Notes: a model not told the origin generated them from the sequence alone. A stretch of DNA of 64,000 nucleotides from Promethearchaeota archaeon (GCA_019058245.1 JAHPZJ010000014.1:32001-96000), one strand, 5' to 3'; positions 11,092-21,835 are shown, counted from the stretch's first letter. Program-made: numbers and translations.

Positions 11092-11870
11092 ATGATCTCT
11101 TTTAATATTTCTTCATAATCAAATTTCCCACTAATTCTATTAATTTTATAATAAATTATAAATTCAATGGAACCTCCTTTCCCTAAAATTGGAGATTTTA
11201 TTATTCCATATGGAAATATATCGTTTTTAATACTCCATTCTATCAATTCTTTTAATATATTACACATAATTTTTGATTCTCGAATAATTTTAAATTTCTT
11301 TTCTTTATGAAAATGATTCTCAAAAATAGGTTTTATTAACGCAATTATTACACCATCTGTTTTTACTAATTTTTTTACATTTGGAAGGATTTCTCTTAAG
11401 GAGGTGAAAGTAACATCAATTGTACAAATATCAACTTTTTCTTCTAATTCTATCAGATTACGGGCATCAATACCTAGCATTGGAATAACTTTTTTTCTCA
11501 TCTTTTCACATCTCAGTAAAGGATGCAATACATCAATAGCTTTGTCTATTGCATATACTTTAGAGGCTCCATGTTTTATTAAACAATCTGTAAAGCCTCC
11601 TACGGATGCACCAATATCTAAACATACTTCATCTTCAACTGAAATCGAAAAAATGTTTAACACAGCTTCCAATTTCAGACCACCCCGTCCGACATATGGA
11701 AACTCTTTTAACATTTGAATTTCATGAGAACGGTCGATTCTTTTTCCAGGTTTTATTACCTTCTTTCCATTAATAATTATATAACCATTCAAAATTAACC
11801 ATTGCGCTTTTGTTCTACTTTCTACCAAGCCTCTTTCTACTAGTAGAATATCAATCCGTTCTTTCATCAA
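11088..11870 (-). CDS. tlyA: TlyA-family rRNA 2'-O-methyltransferase (S4 + FtsJ-like domains)
   Basis: RIDILLVERGLVESRTKA S4 domain, YVGRGGLKL, LDIGASVGGFTD, LIKP.FE. Confidence 0.88.
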   Translation of the reverse strand: MMKERIDILLVERGLVESRTKAQWLILNGYIIINGKKVIKPGKRIDRSHEIQMLKEFPYVGRGGLKLEAVLNIFSISVEDEVCLDIGASVGGFTDCLIKHGASKVYAIDKAIDVLHPLLRCEKMRKKVIPMLGIDARNLIELEEKVDICTIDVTFTSLREILPNVKKLVKTDGVIIALIKPIFENHFHKEKKFKIIRESKIMCNILKELIEWSIKNDIFPYGIIKSPILGKGGSIEFIIYYKINRISGKFDYEEILKEII

Positions 11871-12984
11871 TTTTCTTATTTGCTAGAGTTATGATATATT
11901 TCTTCTCAATTTTCAATGACAATTTTCGACTTAATTTACTTATTTGTACTTTAATAGATGCAATTCCACCCCATTTTTTATAAATTGCTCTAAACAATAA
12001 ACCAATAATAATAAATGCAGCTAAGATAAAAAACCAAATATTTACAGCATTTAATCGATTTAAAAATAAAAAATACAATAAATTATGTGTAATGTATATA
12101 GTAAATGAATAATATGAATAATAGAATAAAAATCTATAACTTTTTTCTACTTTGGTTATTAAAAATATTTCAAATATTAATAACAGGGTAAATAATACTA
12201 GATCTATCCCTAAAGAATAAAGTATCCATGAAAAAGTTCTTCGTTCTAAGAATTGTGGAAAAATAAAAAATATCCCTAAAATAATTAAGAAAATTCCAAT
12301 GGCCATAAATGAAAATAAAAAGCTATACCTAAACGAGCGTTTCATGGTTTTTTCATTTTGATCTGAAAATAACGCATTAAAAAGAGTATCTCCAACCACA
12401 GTCCCAAATAGGAAAAAAGGGAAAAATGTTAATATTGGATCTTGGTGAATATTATGATATAAGAAGTAAAATATTAAACCGTATATATTTGTTTCACCTT
12501 CATATTGTAATAATACTGATACTAAAATTTGATTCAAGATTAAAACAAATAAACCAATCACAACCCTAAAAATCCTTGAAGTCTTTAAAAGAGGCCATGT
12601 TATAAAAAGAGATACAGCTGTAGTTAATAATACAAACCAGGTCCAGATCCAGGTTAGATTGTTCAGACTCAATGAAATTGATATATTATAAATAATTGCT
12701 ATTACAAAAATAAAAAAAGCTCGAAGGAGATAAGAATTTCTCACTATGCGTGGATTATAATCCCCAAATTGATTCACCTTAATAGTTCTATTCCTGAAAG
12801 ATAATGTAATACTTATTCCCGATACAAATAAAAAACCAGAGACCCCAATAGGATCTAATATCATTTTGGTAAGGCTATTTAACCAGGAATATTCACTTCT
12901 CAACCACCATTCAATTAAATGAGTTAAAATCATCCAAGCCATACATAATCCGCGAAAAATATCAATACTTTTTAATCTCTTCAT
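11851..12984 (-). CDS. DUF1624 / HGSNAT-like membrane acyltransferase
   Basis: RLKSIDIFRGLCM..M...H motif, FLFVSGIS, ~10 TM helices. Confidence 0.75.
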   Translation of the reverse strand: MKRLKSIDIFRGLCMAWMILTHLIEWWLRSEYSWLNSLTKMILDPIGVSGFLFVSGISITLSFRNRTIKVNQFGDYNPRIVRNSYLLRAFFIFVIAIIYNISISLSLNNLTWIWTWFVLLTTAVSLFITWPLLKTSRIFRVVIGLFVLILNQILVSVLLQYEGETNIYGLIFYFLYHNIHQDPILTFFPFFLFGTVVGDTLFNALFSDQNEKTMKRSFRYSFLFSFMAIGIFLIILGIFFIFPQFLERRTFSWILYSLGIDLVLFTLLLIFEIFLITKVEKSYRFLFYYSYYSFTIYITHNLLYFLFLNRLNAVNIWFFILAAFIIIGLLFRAIYKKWGGIASIKVQISKLSRKLSLKIEKKYIITLANKKIDERTD

Positions 12985-13063
12985 AGATACTCCAAATTAT
13001 TGCGATATCGACTAATTAATATACAGAAAAATCAGGAAAAAATCATAAATTAATAAATTCTCC

Positions 13064-13912
13064 TTATTCTTTAATAATCTCATAAAGATTTGCTGATGAT
13101 TCACTAAGAGAAATTTCACCATCTAAAATTTTATTTATTAATTCCTGTAATTTGTCTAAGTAATTAACACAATTACCAATCTCTTTACTATTACTCCTAT
13201 TATCATTAGGCAACTTGCTCTGTTTAAATAATGTTAGATAATTTGATTTTGTTATTTCAACACCCCTCCTTAGTGCTAATATTAAAGCTGAGAGCTCATG
13301 CTTTGTTTTTACTCTCCTTTTATAATCCTTAATTTTAGTTTTTGATGATTTAGATTCATCAATTAGATAAAGTTTCATTTTTTTCCTTAAATGAAACAAA
13401 TCAAGGATACTTTCTATAAGTTCGAATGTCAAAGATAAAACCCCACTTCCAAACTTAAACTTTAACATCATCAAATTTGGATTATCATTTTGGAAATAAT
13501 ATTCTATATTTTTAATTAATTCTATGAAATCCTTTTTATCATAGAATGTTCGAGAAATTAAAAAAAAATCATCCAAAAATATCACTATTCCAATCTGTTT
13601 TGAACCGGGATCTACAGAAAATATTAATTCTGAATAACTATCTTTATATCCAACTCTATACGCGGCTAAAACTTTTAAAATATAATAGTGAAAATTAGTT
13701 TCTTCTGAACATGGGAGAATTTCTAATTTTTCTGGAATATTTACAAATTTCAATGCTTCCTTAGACGTGGTTAATATTAAAGAGGGAATTTTAGGATTTT
13801 TGATATTTAAATTTAAAATTTCAAACTTGATATTCAATCGATTTAATTCCTTATTTAATTTATAAAAAAAATTTAAATCCTCAGTACTAATATATAAAAT
13901 TTTATTTCTCAA
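13064..13912 (-). CDS. Protein with an RNase H-fold (YqgF/RuvC-like) domain
   Basis: FSVDPGSKQIGIVIF strand-turn-strand motif, IDESKSS, HELSALILAL; divergent from the radB-like gene. Confidence 0.55.
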   Translation of the reverse strand: MRNKILYISTEDLNFFYKLNKELNRLNIKFEILNLNIKNPKIPSLILTTSKEALKFVNIPEKLEILPCSEETNFHYYILKVLAAYRVGYKDSYSELIFSVDPGSKQIGIVIFLDDFFLISRTFYDKKDFIELIKNIEYYFQNDNPNLMMLKFKFGSGVLSLTFELIESILDLFHLRKKMKLYLIDESKSSKTKIKDYKRRVKTKHELSALILALRRGVEITKSNYLTLFKQSKLPNDNRSNSKEIGNCVNYLDKLQELINKILDGEISLSESSANLYEIIKE

Positions 13913-13956
13913 ATTATAATTATAAATATTAGATAAAATTAATAATTTCTAAATAC

Positions 13957-14646
13957 ATGAAATTTCCAACATTAGAGTTAAATAAATATTTTGATTCCAC
14001 TGATTCTTTACAAGGTATTTTTTCTGTATTTGGGGATTTTGGTGTTGGAAAAACCACCTTTAGTCTCCAAACTGCTATAAATTCTACAAAAAGTGGTAAA
14101 TCTGTTATATATATTTTCACTAAACCTAATTTCCCTTATGAAAAGATTATGATGATAAGTAAATTCTCTAAATTTATTGAAAATAATATTCAATTTATTC
14201 AAATATTAAATTTTGTTGAATTATATCGCTTAATCTTTAATTTAGAATTTTTAATACTAGATTATTTGTCCCAGAATAAACCAAAATATAATTTAATCAT
14301 CATTGATTCAATTACTAATTTGTATAAATTAGAACTTAATAAAGATAATAAAGAAAAAAATTATAGCTTAAATTATCAATTAAATCAAATATTAGCTAAT
14401 TTAACTTATTTCAACAAAAAATATGAAATTGACGTTTTAATTGTTAATGAATTAAATAGAAAAATCATTGAAGATCAAATTATTGAGGTGCAAAGTGGTG
14501 GAAAAGTTATGGAATTTTGGGTAAAATATACCTTAAAAATAATTAAAACTGAAAAATTAAATGAGAGAAAATTTTTCTTTACAAATATTTCCCTACAAAA
14601 TTCAGTTGAATTTACCTCAAATTTGGGAGAACAAGGATTTCTGTAA
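13957..14646 (+). CDS. radB: RadB-like RecA-family ATPase
   Basis: GDFGVGKT Walker A, IIIDSIT Walker B, GGKVMEFW; no N-terminal HhH domain. Confidence 0.7.
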   Translation: MKFPTLELNKYFDSTDSLQGIFSVFGDFGVGKTTFSLQTAINSTKSGKSVIYIFTKPNFPYEKIMMISKFSKFIENNIQFIQILNFVELYRLIFNLEFLILDYLSQNKPKYNLIIIDSITNLYKLELNKDNKEKNYSLNYQLNQILANLTYFNKKYEIDVLIVNELNRKIIEDQIIEVQSGGKVMEFWVKYTLKIIKTEKLNERKFFFTNISLQNSVEFTSNLGEQGFL

Positions 14647-14698
14647 TATCCATTAATAAATATTACCTACCTCTAAAAAATTTGATTAATTTTTAACT

Positions 14699-15925
14699 AT
14701 GCTAAAAAAAAAATTAACTTTAATTAAAGAAGGTTCATCAGAATTTTATATTTATAACGTTGATCAAGGACAGATTCCTTCAAAATCAATGAATACATTT
14801 TATAATAAGAAAATGGAGATTAATCGAGATATATCATCTTTAGCCATTAATGCCTATACTGATTTATATGAACAACAAAAACTGATAATTATAGATTCTA
14901 TGGCTGCATCAGGGATAAGCTCTATAAGGATGATAAAGGAATGCAAAAATATTAAAAAAATTTTTATCAATGATATAAATCCTGAAGCTATCAAACTAGT
15001 AAAAAAAAATATAAAATTAAACAATCTGAATAAAGCACCGATTAAAATAATTATAACCCAAAAAGATGCGAATCTCTTATTTTCTGAAATTGCTGTTACA
15101 AAAAATAAAATTTCAAATGAAATACAAAAAAAACCAAATGTTATATCAATTGATCCATTTGGCACTCCTAACCTTTATATTGACTCTGCAATCAAAACAA
15201 TACAAAAAAAAAAAGGCTTATTGTGCATTACTGCTACAGATACAGCTGTTTTATTTGGAGTTCGTCCTAATGTTTGTATTAGGAAATATTTTGCTAAACC
15301 ACTTCATACGGAATATTCTAAAGAGATTGGAAGTCGAATTTTAATATATTTTATCTCTCGAATAGCTAACCTTAATAAGATTGGGATAATTCCTCTTTTG
15401 ACATTCTATTCAGGGCATTTTATTAGAATATTCTGTACAACTTTTAAAAATCAAGAAAAAATTACTAAATATTTTAAAAATATCGGTTACATTATCCACT
15501 GTAAAGATTGTGGACATCGATATTCTTTTGGAAATAATATTTTAGAGGTTTCAAATGAATGTCCTTTATGTAAACGTAAAAAAAATCTTGATTATGCAGG
15601 TCCCTTATGGATTGGTAAATTACATAAATTAAATTTTATCAATAAAATGGTAAATTTAAATAAAAATTCTAAATTTGCAAATAAAAAGAGAATAGAAAAA
15701 CTCTTGTCTTTTATTAAAGAAGAAAATAGTATGCCGATCTCATATTATAATCTTCATAAACTTAGCAAAAATTTGGGACTTAAGGCAGTTCCTAAAATTG
15801 AAGATATTATTAAAATAATAAAAAAAGAAGGGTATCAATGTTCTAGGACTCATTTTAGTTATTTATCAATAAAAAGTGATTTAGATTTATCCTCTTTAAC
15901 AAAAATTTTGATTGATTTAGAATAA
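14699..15925 (+). CDS. trm1: tRNA (guanine26-N2)-dimethyltransferase Trm1
   Basis: FYNKKMEINRD, IDPFGTP, TATDTAVL, CxxC..CxxC, GPLWIG, SRTHF. Confidence 0.93.
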   Translation: MLKKKLTLIKEGSSEFYIYNVDQGQIPSKSMNTFYNKKMEINRDISSLAINAYTDLYEQQKLIIIDSMAASGISSIRMIKECKNIKKIFINDINPEAIKLVKKNIKLNNLNKAPIKIIITQKDANLLFSEIAVTKNKISNEIQKKPNVISIDPFGTPNLYIDSAIKTIQKKKGLLCITATDTAVLFGVRPNVCIRKYFAKPLHTEYSKEIGSRILIYFISRIANLNKIGIIPLLTFYSGHFIRIFCTTFKNQEKITKYFKNIGYIIHCKDCGHRYSFGNNILEVSNECPLCKRKKNLDYAGPLWIGKLHKLNFINKMVNLNKNSKFANKKRIEKLLSFIKEENSMPISYYNLHKLSKNLGLKAVPKIEDIIKIIKKEGYQCSRTHFSYLSIKSDLDLSSLTKILIDLE

Positions 15926-15942
15926 TTATAGATGACTATTAG

Positions 15943-16581
15943 ATGGCTAAAGATCAAGAATATCATAAAAAGGAAAGATTTTACAGGCAAGCTAAAAAAG
16001 AGGGTTATCGTGCAAGATCAGCATATAAATTATTTGATATTCAAAAAAAGTATAATATTTTTAAAAGAGCATTTTATATATTAGATATAGGATGTGCGCC
16101 GGGTTCATGGCTTCAGGTAATAAAAAAATTTGCTGAAGAGAATCTGGGTAAATATAATGATCAATATTATTACCGTGATCACTTTAAAATCATGGGTATA
16201 GATATTGTGAATACCTCACCTATAGAAAATGTTCATATAGTTAAGGCAGATGTCACAAAACCAGAAATCCAAGCAGAATTAGATGTTTTTTTTCATAGTA
16301 AATTAGATTTAATCGTATCAGATGTGTCAATAAAGAAAATTGGAAATAATTTCACTGACCATATAAGACAGTTAGCTCTATGTTATAAAATAATGGATTT
16401 AGTAAAAAGAAATTTAAAATTTAAAGGGAGTCTAGTAATCAAAATGTTCCAAGGTTCGGATTTTAATAAATTTTACCAAGAAATTAAACCAATATTCAGA
16501 ATTGTAAAAGCATATAAACCAATAACTTCAACAAAGAAGAGTAATGAGATCTACATAATTGGTTTACAAAAAAAAAATTAA
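15943..16581 (+). CDS. rlmE: 23S rRNA Um2552 methyltransferase RlmE/FtsJ
   Basis: AKKEGYRARSAYKL, LDIGCAPGSW, K-D-K-E tetrad region, SNEIY. Confidence 0.92.
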   Translation: MAKDQEYHKKERFYRQAKKEGYRARSAYKLFDIQKKYNIFKRAFYILDIGCAPGSWLQVIKKFAEENLGKYNDQYYYRDHFKIMGIDIVNTSPIENVHIVKADVTKPEIQAELDVFFHSKLDLIVSDVSIKKIGNNFTDHIRQLALCYKIMDLVKRNLKFKGSLVIKMFQGSDFNKFYQEIKPIFRIVKAYKPITSTKKSNEIYIIGLQKKN

Positions 16582-17189
16582 ATATCCTTTAATCGAGCTT
16601 CAATATCATCAAAATTTATTTTATATTTTTCTCCATTTGAAGTGATATTAATCCACTCTGTTAACCATTCACAATGTTGTGGATTGAAATTGTCAAGGTT
16701 AGTATCATTACACTTATCCCTAAAAGGGCATATGAAGCATGGTTGCCTAGAAAACATATTCCAAATAAAATCTTTATTATTTTTATTAATTTTTAGTTCA
16801 TTTACCTTAACGTCAATTTCTTCAAGTGCAAATATATGTTTGGTCCAAGAAGCATCAATTAATTCTCGAGTCATCTTGATTTTTGATTGTAATACTAAAA
16901 TATCTAAAATATTTTCTAATTCATTACGTCTCTTTTTGCTTAATTCCAAAAGACGGGTAAATAATATATCTTTTTCACGGTTTATTATATCTAGTATTAA
17001 TTTTTCATCTTTTTTTAGTGTGCGATTGAATTTTTTCTTTTTTTCTTCTATTCTTTCAATTCTTCTTTCCACATAAGATTTCTCTTCTAAAGGGCCTTCA
17101 ACATGCTCTTTTATTTTACATTTATGACGTGATAAATAGGCAAAACTTTTTCCACAATAAGGACAAACTTCTTTTTTTTTTTTTGCCAT
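16578..17189 (-). CDS. TFE-beta / RNA polymerase III C34-like protein with an N-terminal zinc finger
   Basis: C-terminal PCFICP..DKC……NPQHCEWLTEW Fe-S motif typical of C34/TFEbeta; winged-helix-like middle; N-terminal CPYC..LSRHKC. Confidence 0.65.
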   Translation of the reverse strand: MAKKKKEVCPYCGKSFAYLSRHKCKIKEHVEGPLEEKSYVERRIERIEEKKKKFNRTLKKDEKLILDIINREKDILFTRLLELSKKRRNELENILDILVLQSKIKMTRELIDASWTKHIFALEEIDVKVNELKINKNNKDFIWNMFSRQPCFICPFRDKCNDTNLDNFNPQHCEWLTEWINITSNGEKYKINFDDIEARLKDI

Positions 17190-17376
17190 TGTAATGATTA
17201 GGTTTATTTTGATATGATATATTTAACTATTAAAATTAAATGGACAATGATATTATCAATATGAATAGTTTAAAATTAATTTTATGTTTTTTCAGGAATT
17301 AACTTAAATTTCTCATTAATTTTATATTGTTAATTTTAAATTGTATTTAAACTATTGAGTTCATTCATAAATAACA

Positions 17377-18204
17377 ATGACTATTAATAAATTATTAGGA
17401 ATTGGTAAAGATAAAATAATTAAATTACAAAATTTTTATAATCAATCTGCAGTAAAGAAAGAAAATCAGTATATTTTAACTTCAGGAGCTAAGAATTTTG
17501 ATGAAACTCTAGGAGGGGGTTTCTGTAAGGGTAAAAAATATTTGATATTTGGAGCAAATAAGACCGGCAAGACTCAATTGTGTCATCAATTATGCGTCCA
17601 AGCTTATTTCCAATTTTCTGAGTTAATTGATGAGCCTGGAATTGAGAATAAGCAGTTTATTTTTTATTTTGATACAGAAAATACGTTCCGTCCTGAAAGA
17701 ATTAAGGAACTTGCCATAAAATATGATTTGAAACTTGAAAAATTGTTAAAAAGTATTTTAGTATCCAAAATTATGAGCAACTCTGCTTTTTTGCTTTCTT
17801 TAGATGAACTTAAACATTATATAAAAGATAATTCTGTCAACATAATAATTATTGATACTATAAACAATTATTATAATTCTGATTTAGCACAAAAAGAGAT
17901 TACTAATAGTAAAGCAAAAGAAAACTTTTTTAAAATTTTAACAAAAATTAACGAATTATCATTACATAATAATGTCATTGTAATAGCAACAGCACAAATA
18001 ACTTCAAATTTGAATAGAAACGCCCCAATTAAAGTGATGCCTATTGGTAATTATATTTTGAATCATTTTTTTTCAGAGTATCTTTATTTAGATTATAAAG
18101 AACAGGATAAAAGATATATCCAATTAGTAAATTCATTAAATCTTCCCGAAAAAAAATTATTATACCAAATTTCTACTTCAGGAATTCAAGATTATAAAAT
18201 TTAA
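17377..18204 (+). CDS. RadA/Rad51 paralog lacking the N-terminal domain
   Basis: LGGG, GANKTGKTQLCHQLCV, DTENTFRPERI, NSLNLPE. Confidence 0.85.
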   Translation: MTINKLLGIGKDKIIKLQNFYNQSAVKKENQYILTSGAKNFDETLGGGFCKGKKYLIFGANKTGKTQLCHQLCVQAYFQFSELIDEPGIENKQFIFYFDTENTFRPERIKELAIKYDLKLEKLLKSILVSKIMSNSAFLLSLDELKHYIKDNSVNIIIIDTINNYYNSDLAQKEITNSKAKENFFKILTKINELSLHNNVIVIATAQITSNLNRNAPIKVMPIGNYILNHFFSEYLYLDYKEQDKRYIQLVNSLNLPEKKLLYQISTSGIQDYKI

Positions 18205-18206
18205 TT

Positions 18207-19079
18207 TTATTTTAGACAAACTTTAAAAAACTCTTCTATAGAAAGATATGTAAAATTATCCACAATAATATCAGAATTAACAAAATAAATTGGATTTATT
18301 ATCATTTTCTTTAACCATTGGATTAATTCTAACGCATATTGAAGCTTTTTTACTTTAATGGAATTTGCTTCTTGATTTTTTTTTATACTTATTTTAGAAT
18401 ATTTCCCGACAATCTTACCAAAATCCATTCCTATTAGAAATAATCTATGGAATGGAGCAATTAATGTCCGCAGAAAAAAAAGTATTCTATCACCATCAGT
18501 AAAACCACCTGGATTAATTATATTTGATAAGGGCTCAACTTGGGTGGTTCCTATAACATTTTCGAATTTTATTATATCATCTTTAAAATATCTTAGTTTT
18601 TTAATATTATCTCCATGAGCATGTATAATACTAAAACTAGGGTAATAAAATTCTTTTTTTGTAATTCCATCTAAATCTGTAAATATTGCATCAATTTTTA
18701 TTCCCTTTTCTCTTAATAAAACTGAAGCACCATCTGCGGCTAAAGTAATAAAATTTTCAAAAAATAATGATCCCTCTTTTTTAAAAATAATATCTACGGT
18801 TTTTTCTAATGATGGACCACATCCAAAAACTAGAAGTGATGGTTTTGTTGAAATATTTTTTTTAAATAGTTTTAATATATTATTTAACTTCCAATTTTGG
18901 CTTTTATTTAAAAATATAGTTGACAAATAATCACGAGCTTCACAGTCCTTATTATAGTCAAATTTGAAATCCTTTCTTATTTGTTCATATTTATATTTAA
19001 ATTCTTTATAAAAATTTAGTTGAACTTTTAGCTTAGAACTCATATTGCCAAAAAATTTTAATTTATTAAAATCAATCAT
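18207..19079 (-). CDS. mptE: 6-hydroxymethyl-7,8-dihydropterin pyrophosphokinase MptE-like (DUF115)
   Basis: GCGPSL, AADGA, TDLDG, HAHGDN, GTTQ, GGFTDGDR, GMDFG. Confidence 0.85.
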   Translation of the reverse strand: MIDFNKLKFFGNMSSKLKVQLNFYKEFKYKYEQIRKDFKFDYNKDCEARDYLSTIFLNKSQNWKLNNILKLFKKNISTKPSLLVFGCGPSLEKTVDIIFKKEGSLFFENFITLAADGASVLLREKGIKIDAIFTDLDGITKKEFYYPSFSIIHAHGDNIKKLRYFKDDIIKFENVIGTTQVEPLSNIINPGGFTDGDRILFFLRTLIAPFHRLFLIGMDFGKIVGKYSKISIKKNQEANSIKVKKLQYALELIQWLKKMIINPIYFVNSDIIVDNFTYLSIEEFFKVCLK

Positions 19080-19164
19080 AAAATTTTAAATTATTACCTT
19101 AATTAATAAAGACATACTAATCAATTCAATATTATTAAAATTCATAAATTTAGTAAAAAAGAGT

Positions 19165-19566
19165 TTGATGAAAATGACTAAATGGTTTACCAAAACACAT
19201 CAATGGTTTGATGATGCCACAAAAATGGTTGGAATTACTCCTTTTGCTGCAGAACAGCTTGGAGAAATTAGTTTTGTTGATGTAGAAGGCCTTGAAGGTG
19301 CTACTCTTGAACAAGTTAAAATGGATGGAGATGAACCTTCAAGTGACCCAATTGATTGTACTGTTGAATCAAGTAAAGCTGTTGGAGATATTTATTCACC
19401 AGTAAGTGGTAATGTAATTGAAGTTAATTCCGATTTGATGGATGAACCTGAGAAAATTAACGAAGATGCTTTTGCTGCATGGCTATTTAAAATAGAACCA
19501 TCAAATTGGGACGGTGAAAAAGGCAACCTATTAGATGAAGGAGCATATAACGCCCTAATAGGTTAG
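19165..19566 (+). CDS. gcvH: Glycine cleavage system H protein
   Basis: HQW, VGITPFAAEQLG, VESSKAVGDIYSPVSG lipoyl-lysine motif. Confidence 0.92.
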   Translation: MMKMTKWFTKTHQWFDDATKMVGITPFAAEQLGEISFVDVEGLEGATLEQVKMDGDEPSSDPIDCTVESSKAVGDIYSPVSGNVIEVNSDLMDEPEKINEDAFAAWLFKIEPSNWDGEKGNLLDEGAYNALIG

Positions 19567-19768
19567 AATATAAAACTTATTATATCTTTTTTCTAATTTT
19601 TTTTATCTTTTTTTTCTTTTCTTAAATAATTCCAAGAGAATTTAATAATTTGAGTTATTAATAGCAAAAAAATATAGCTTTAATTTATCAAATAAATCTG
19701 AGAATTTTTTAAAAATTATTAACATATTAAATTAAAAGTGGAGAAAACGCCATTTTCCTATTTAAAGG

Positions 19769-20269
19769 TTAAATTTCACCCATTTTTACAGCTATCATAT
19801 ATTGGAGCATTATAAATGTTATAATAATCATTACCATTCCAATTACTAAAATCCAAACAGCCATTCTTTTATTATACACATATTTAGATGCTTGAAATAA
19901 TGCAATAAAACCAATAGAACAAAATAAAATTAAAATAGAGGCCACAATCCCTTCAATAATAAAACTTTCATGGATATCTTTATAGATAAGCACAGGATTC
20001 CCTTGGCTATCTCCCCCTATTGCAGGAGGGTCTCTAACCATAAAATAAACTACACCAGTTTGAAGGATAAATAATATTATTAAGATGGTAATTATACTTA
20101 GGGATCTTGAAGGTGATGGAAATGAAAGTCTTGGAAGTTTTAACTTAGGAAAATTAATCTTTGGTCTCCTTAATGATTTTCCAAAAACCCAAGGTGTTTT
20201 ATCTTTAATCTTCTCAAAAATAGTTTCAGAACCAATAATTTCCTCTTTTTTTGATCCTACTTTCTGCAT
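19769..20269 (-). CDS. Oligosaccharyltransferase OSTC/DC2 (OST3/OST6-like) subunit homolog
   Basis: 3 TM helices; GVVY…DPPAIG and FIIEGIVAS motifs resembling eukaryotic DC2/OST3 (GxxYD…PPxxG, YIMEGL). Confidence 0.65.
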   Translation of the reverse strand: MQKVGSKKEEIIGSETIFEKIKDKTPWVFGKSLRRPKINFPKLKLPRLSFPSPSRSLSIITILIILFILQTGVVYFMVRDPPAIGGDSQGNPVLIYKDIHESFIIEGIVASILILFCSIGFIALFQASKYVYNKRMAVWILVIGMVMIIITFIMLQYMIAVKMGEI

Positions 20270-20338
20270 AGGCTATGAAATAAATATTAAAATAAATTTA
20301 ATAAGTTTTTCAAAGAAGTTCAAAATTACTCGTGGAAT

Positions 20339-21835
20339 TCAATTTAATTTTCTGAGTAAATTAATTAACAAATCCCAGACTTTTGCAACTGACTTAATGA
20401 GTAAACGTTCATCTGGTGAATGCGCACCTTCATTTGTCGGGCCAATTGAAATCATTTCCATTTTAGGAAAAGTTTTTTTTAAAATTCCACATTCTAAACC
20501 AGCATGAATTGCTATAATCTCGAATTCTTCATTAAATAATTTCTTATATGTTTCATTATATTTTTTTAGTAAGTGTGATTGAAAATTTGGAGTCCATCCT
20601 GGATAATCAGAATCTTTTATAATCTTTATTTCTAAACCACTTAAATCTAATAAAATTTTTGTTTTTTCCCAAATTACGTTTTTAAAATATTCACTTAAGC
20701 TTCTTTGGCTTACTTTAAGTTCTATATCATCTTCTCTTGTTGTTATTGTACTAAAATTTGAAGAACTAAATACTAATCCTTCAATTCGAGGATGCATTGA
20801 TAATGGACCGTTAGGTATTAAGTACATTATATTTAATAGATTATCTTGAATATTTTTATTTAAAACCTTATTATTACTATGTGAATCTAATCTCTCTAAT
20901 GATAAAGTTAGATTGGGTTCAATCTCATCGAAAATTACCTTTATCTCAGTAAATAGAGTTTCTATAGAGGATATAATCTCTGAAGATTGATCTTGCTCAA
21001 CATATAATACAGATTCAACTTCTCTAGGTATAGCATTTGGTCTATTTCCCCCATCAATTGAACAAACATAAATTGAATATTGTTTATTTAATTTCCAAAG
21101 AAGTTGACCCATGATTTTTAACGCATTTCCCCTTCCTAAATGAATATCTCCTCCTGAATGACCTCCTCTTAATCCAGATATAAAAACTCTAATTGCTGTT
21201 AATTTTTGCTCTGGCAAGTTTAATTCTATCACATTTTTTTTTATTTCAATAATATGTACTAGACCACCTGCACAACCTATCGTTACTGCATTATCCTCTT
21301 CTGAATCGAGGTTTATCAAGAAATCCCCATCTAAAAACTCTTTTTCAACTTTAAATGCCCCTCTAAGACCCTGTTCTTCATCAACAGTAAATAACAAATT
21401 TAAATCTAATAAGTTAAAATTTAATTCCCTCTTACAAATCTTTTTCATCAAAGTTAAAATATAACATATTCCAACACCATCATCAGCTCCTAAAGTAGTT
21501 CCATCTGCTGTTAGCCATTTATCATTTTCTATTTCTTCAATTTTTAATTTTAATGGATCTCTTGAAAAATCATGAGATACTGATTCATTTTTTTCACAAA
21601 CCATATCCATATGACATTGTAATACAACGGTTGATTTTTGCTTTACTTTAGCAGGTACTATAACAACTAAATTTCCAACAGAATCAATTTTATATTTAAA
21701 TCCCAAACTCTCTGCTTCCTCCTTTATAAATGATCTTATTTTTTCTTCATGCTCAGAACATCGAGGAATTTTAGAAATTTTTTCAAAATAATCCCAAAAT
21801 TCAGAGGGTTCTCCTAAATCTTTTAAATTTAGCAA
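20339..21835 (-). CDS. pepD: Aminoacyl-histidine dipeptidase (M20C)
   Basis: IPRCS, LQCHMDMVCEK, GTTLGADDG, DEEQG, GGHSG, IHAGLECG, HSPDE. Confidence 0.93.
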   Translation of the reverse strand: MLNLKDLGEPSEFWDYFEKISKIPRCSEHEEKIRSFIKEEAESLGFKYKIDSVGNLVVIVPAKVKQKSTVVLQCHMDMVCEKNESVSHDFSRDPLKLKIEEIENDKWLTADGTTLGADDGVGICYILTLMKKICKRELNFNLLDLNLLFTVDEEQGLRGAFKVEKEFLDGDFLINLDSEEDNAVTIGCAGGLVHIIEIKKNVIELNLPEQKLTAIRVFISGLRGGHSGGDIHLGRGNALKIMGQLLWKLNKQYSIYVCSIDGGNRPNAIPREVESVLYVEQDQSSEIISSIETLFTEIKVIFDEIEPNLTLSLERLDSHSNNKVLNKNIQDNLLNIMYLIPNGPLSMHPRIEGLVFSSSNFSTITTREDDIELKVSQRSLSEYFKNVIWEKTKILLDLSGLEIKIIKDSDYPGWTPNFQSHLLKKYNETYKKLFNEEFEIIAIHAGLECGILKKTFPKMEMISIGPTNEGAHSPDERLLIKSVAKVWDLLINLLRKLN

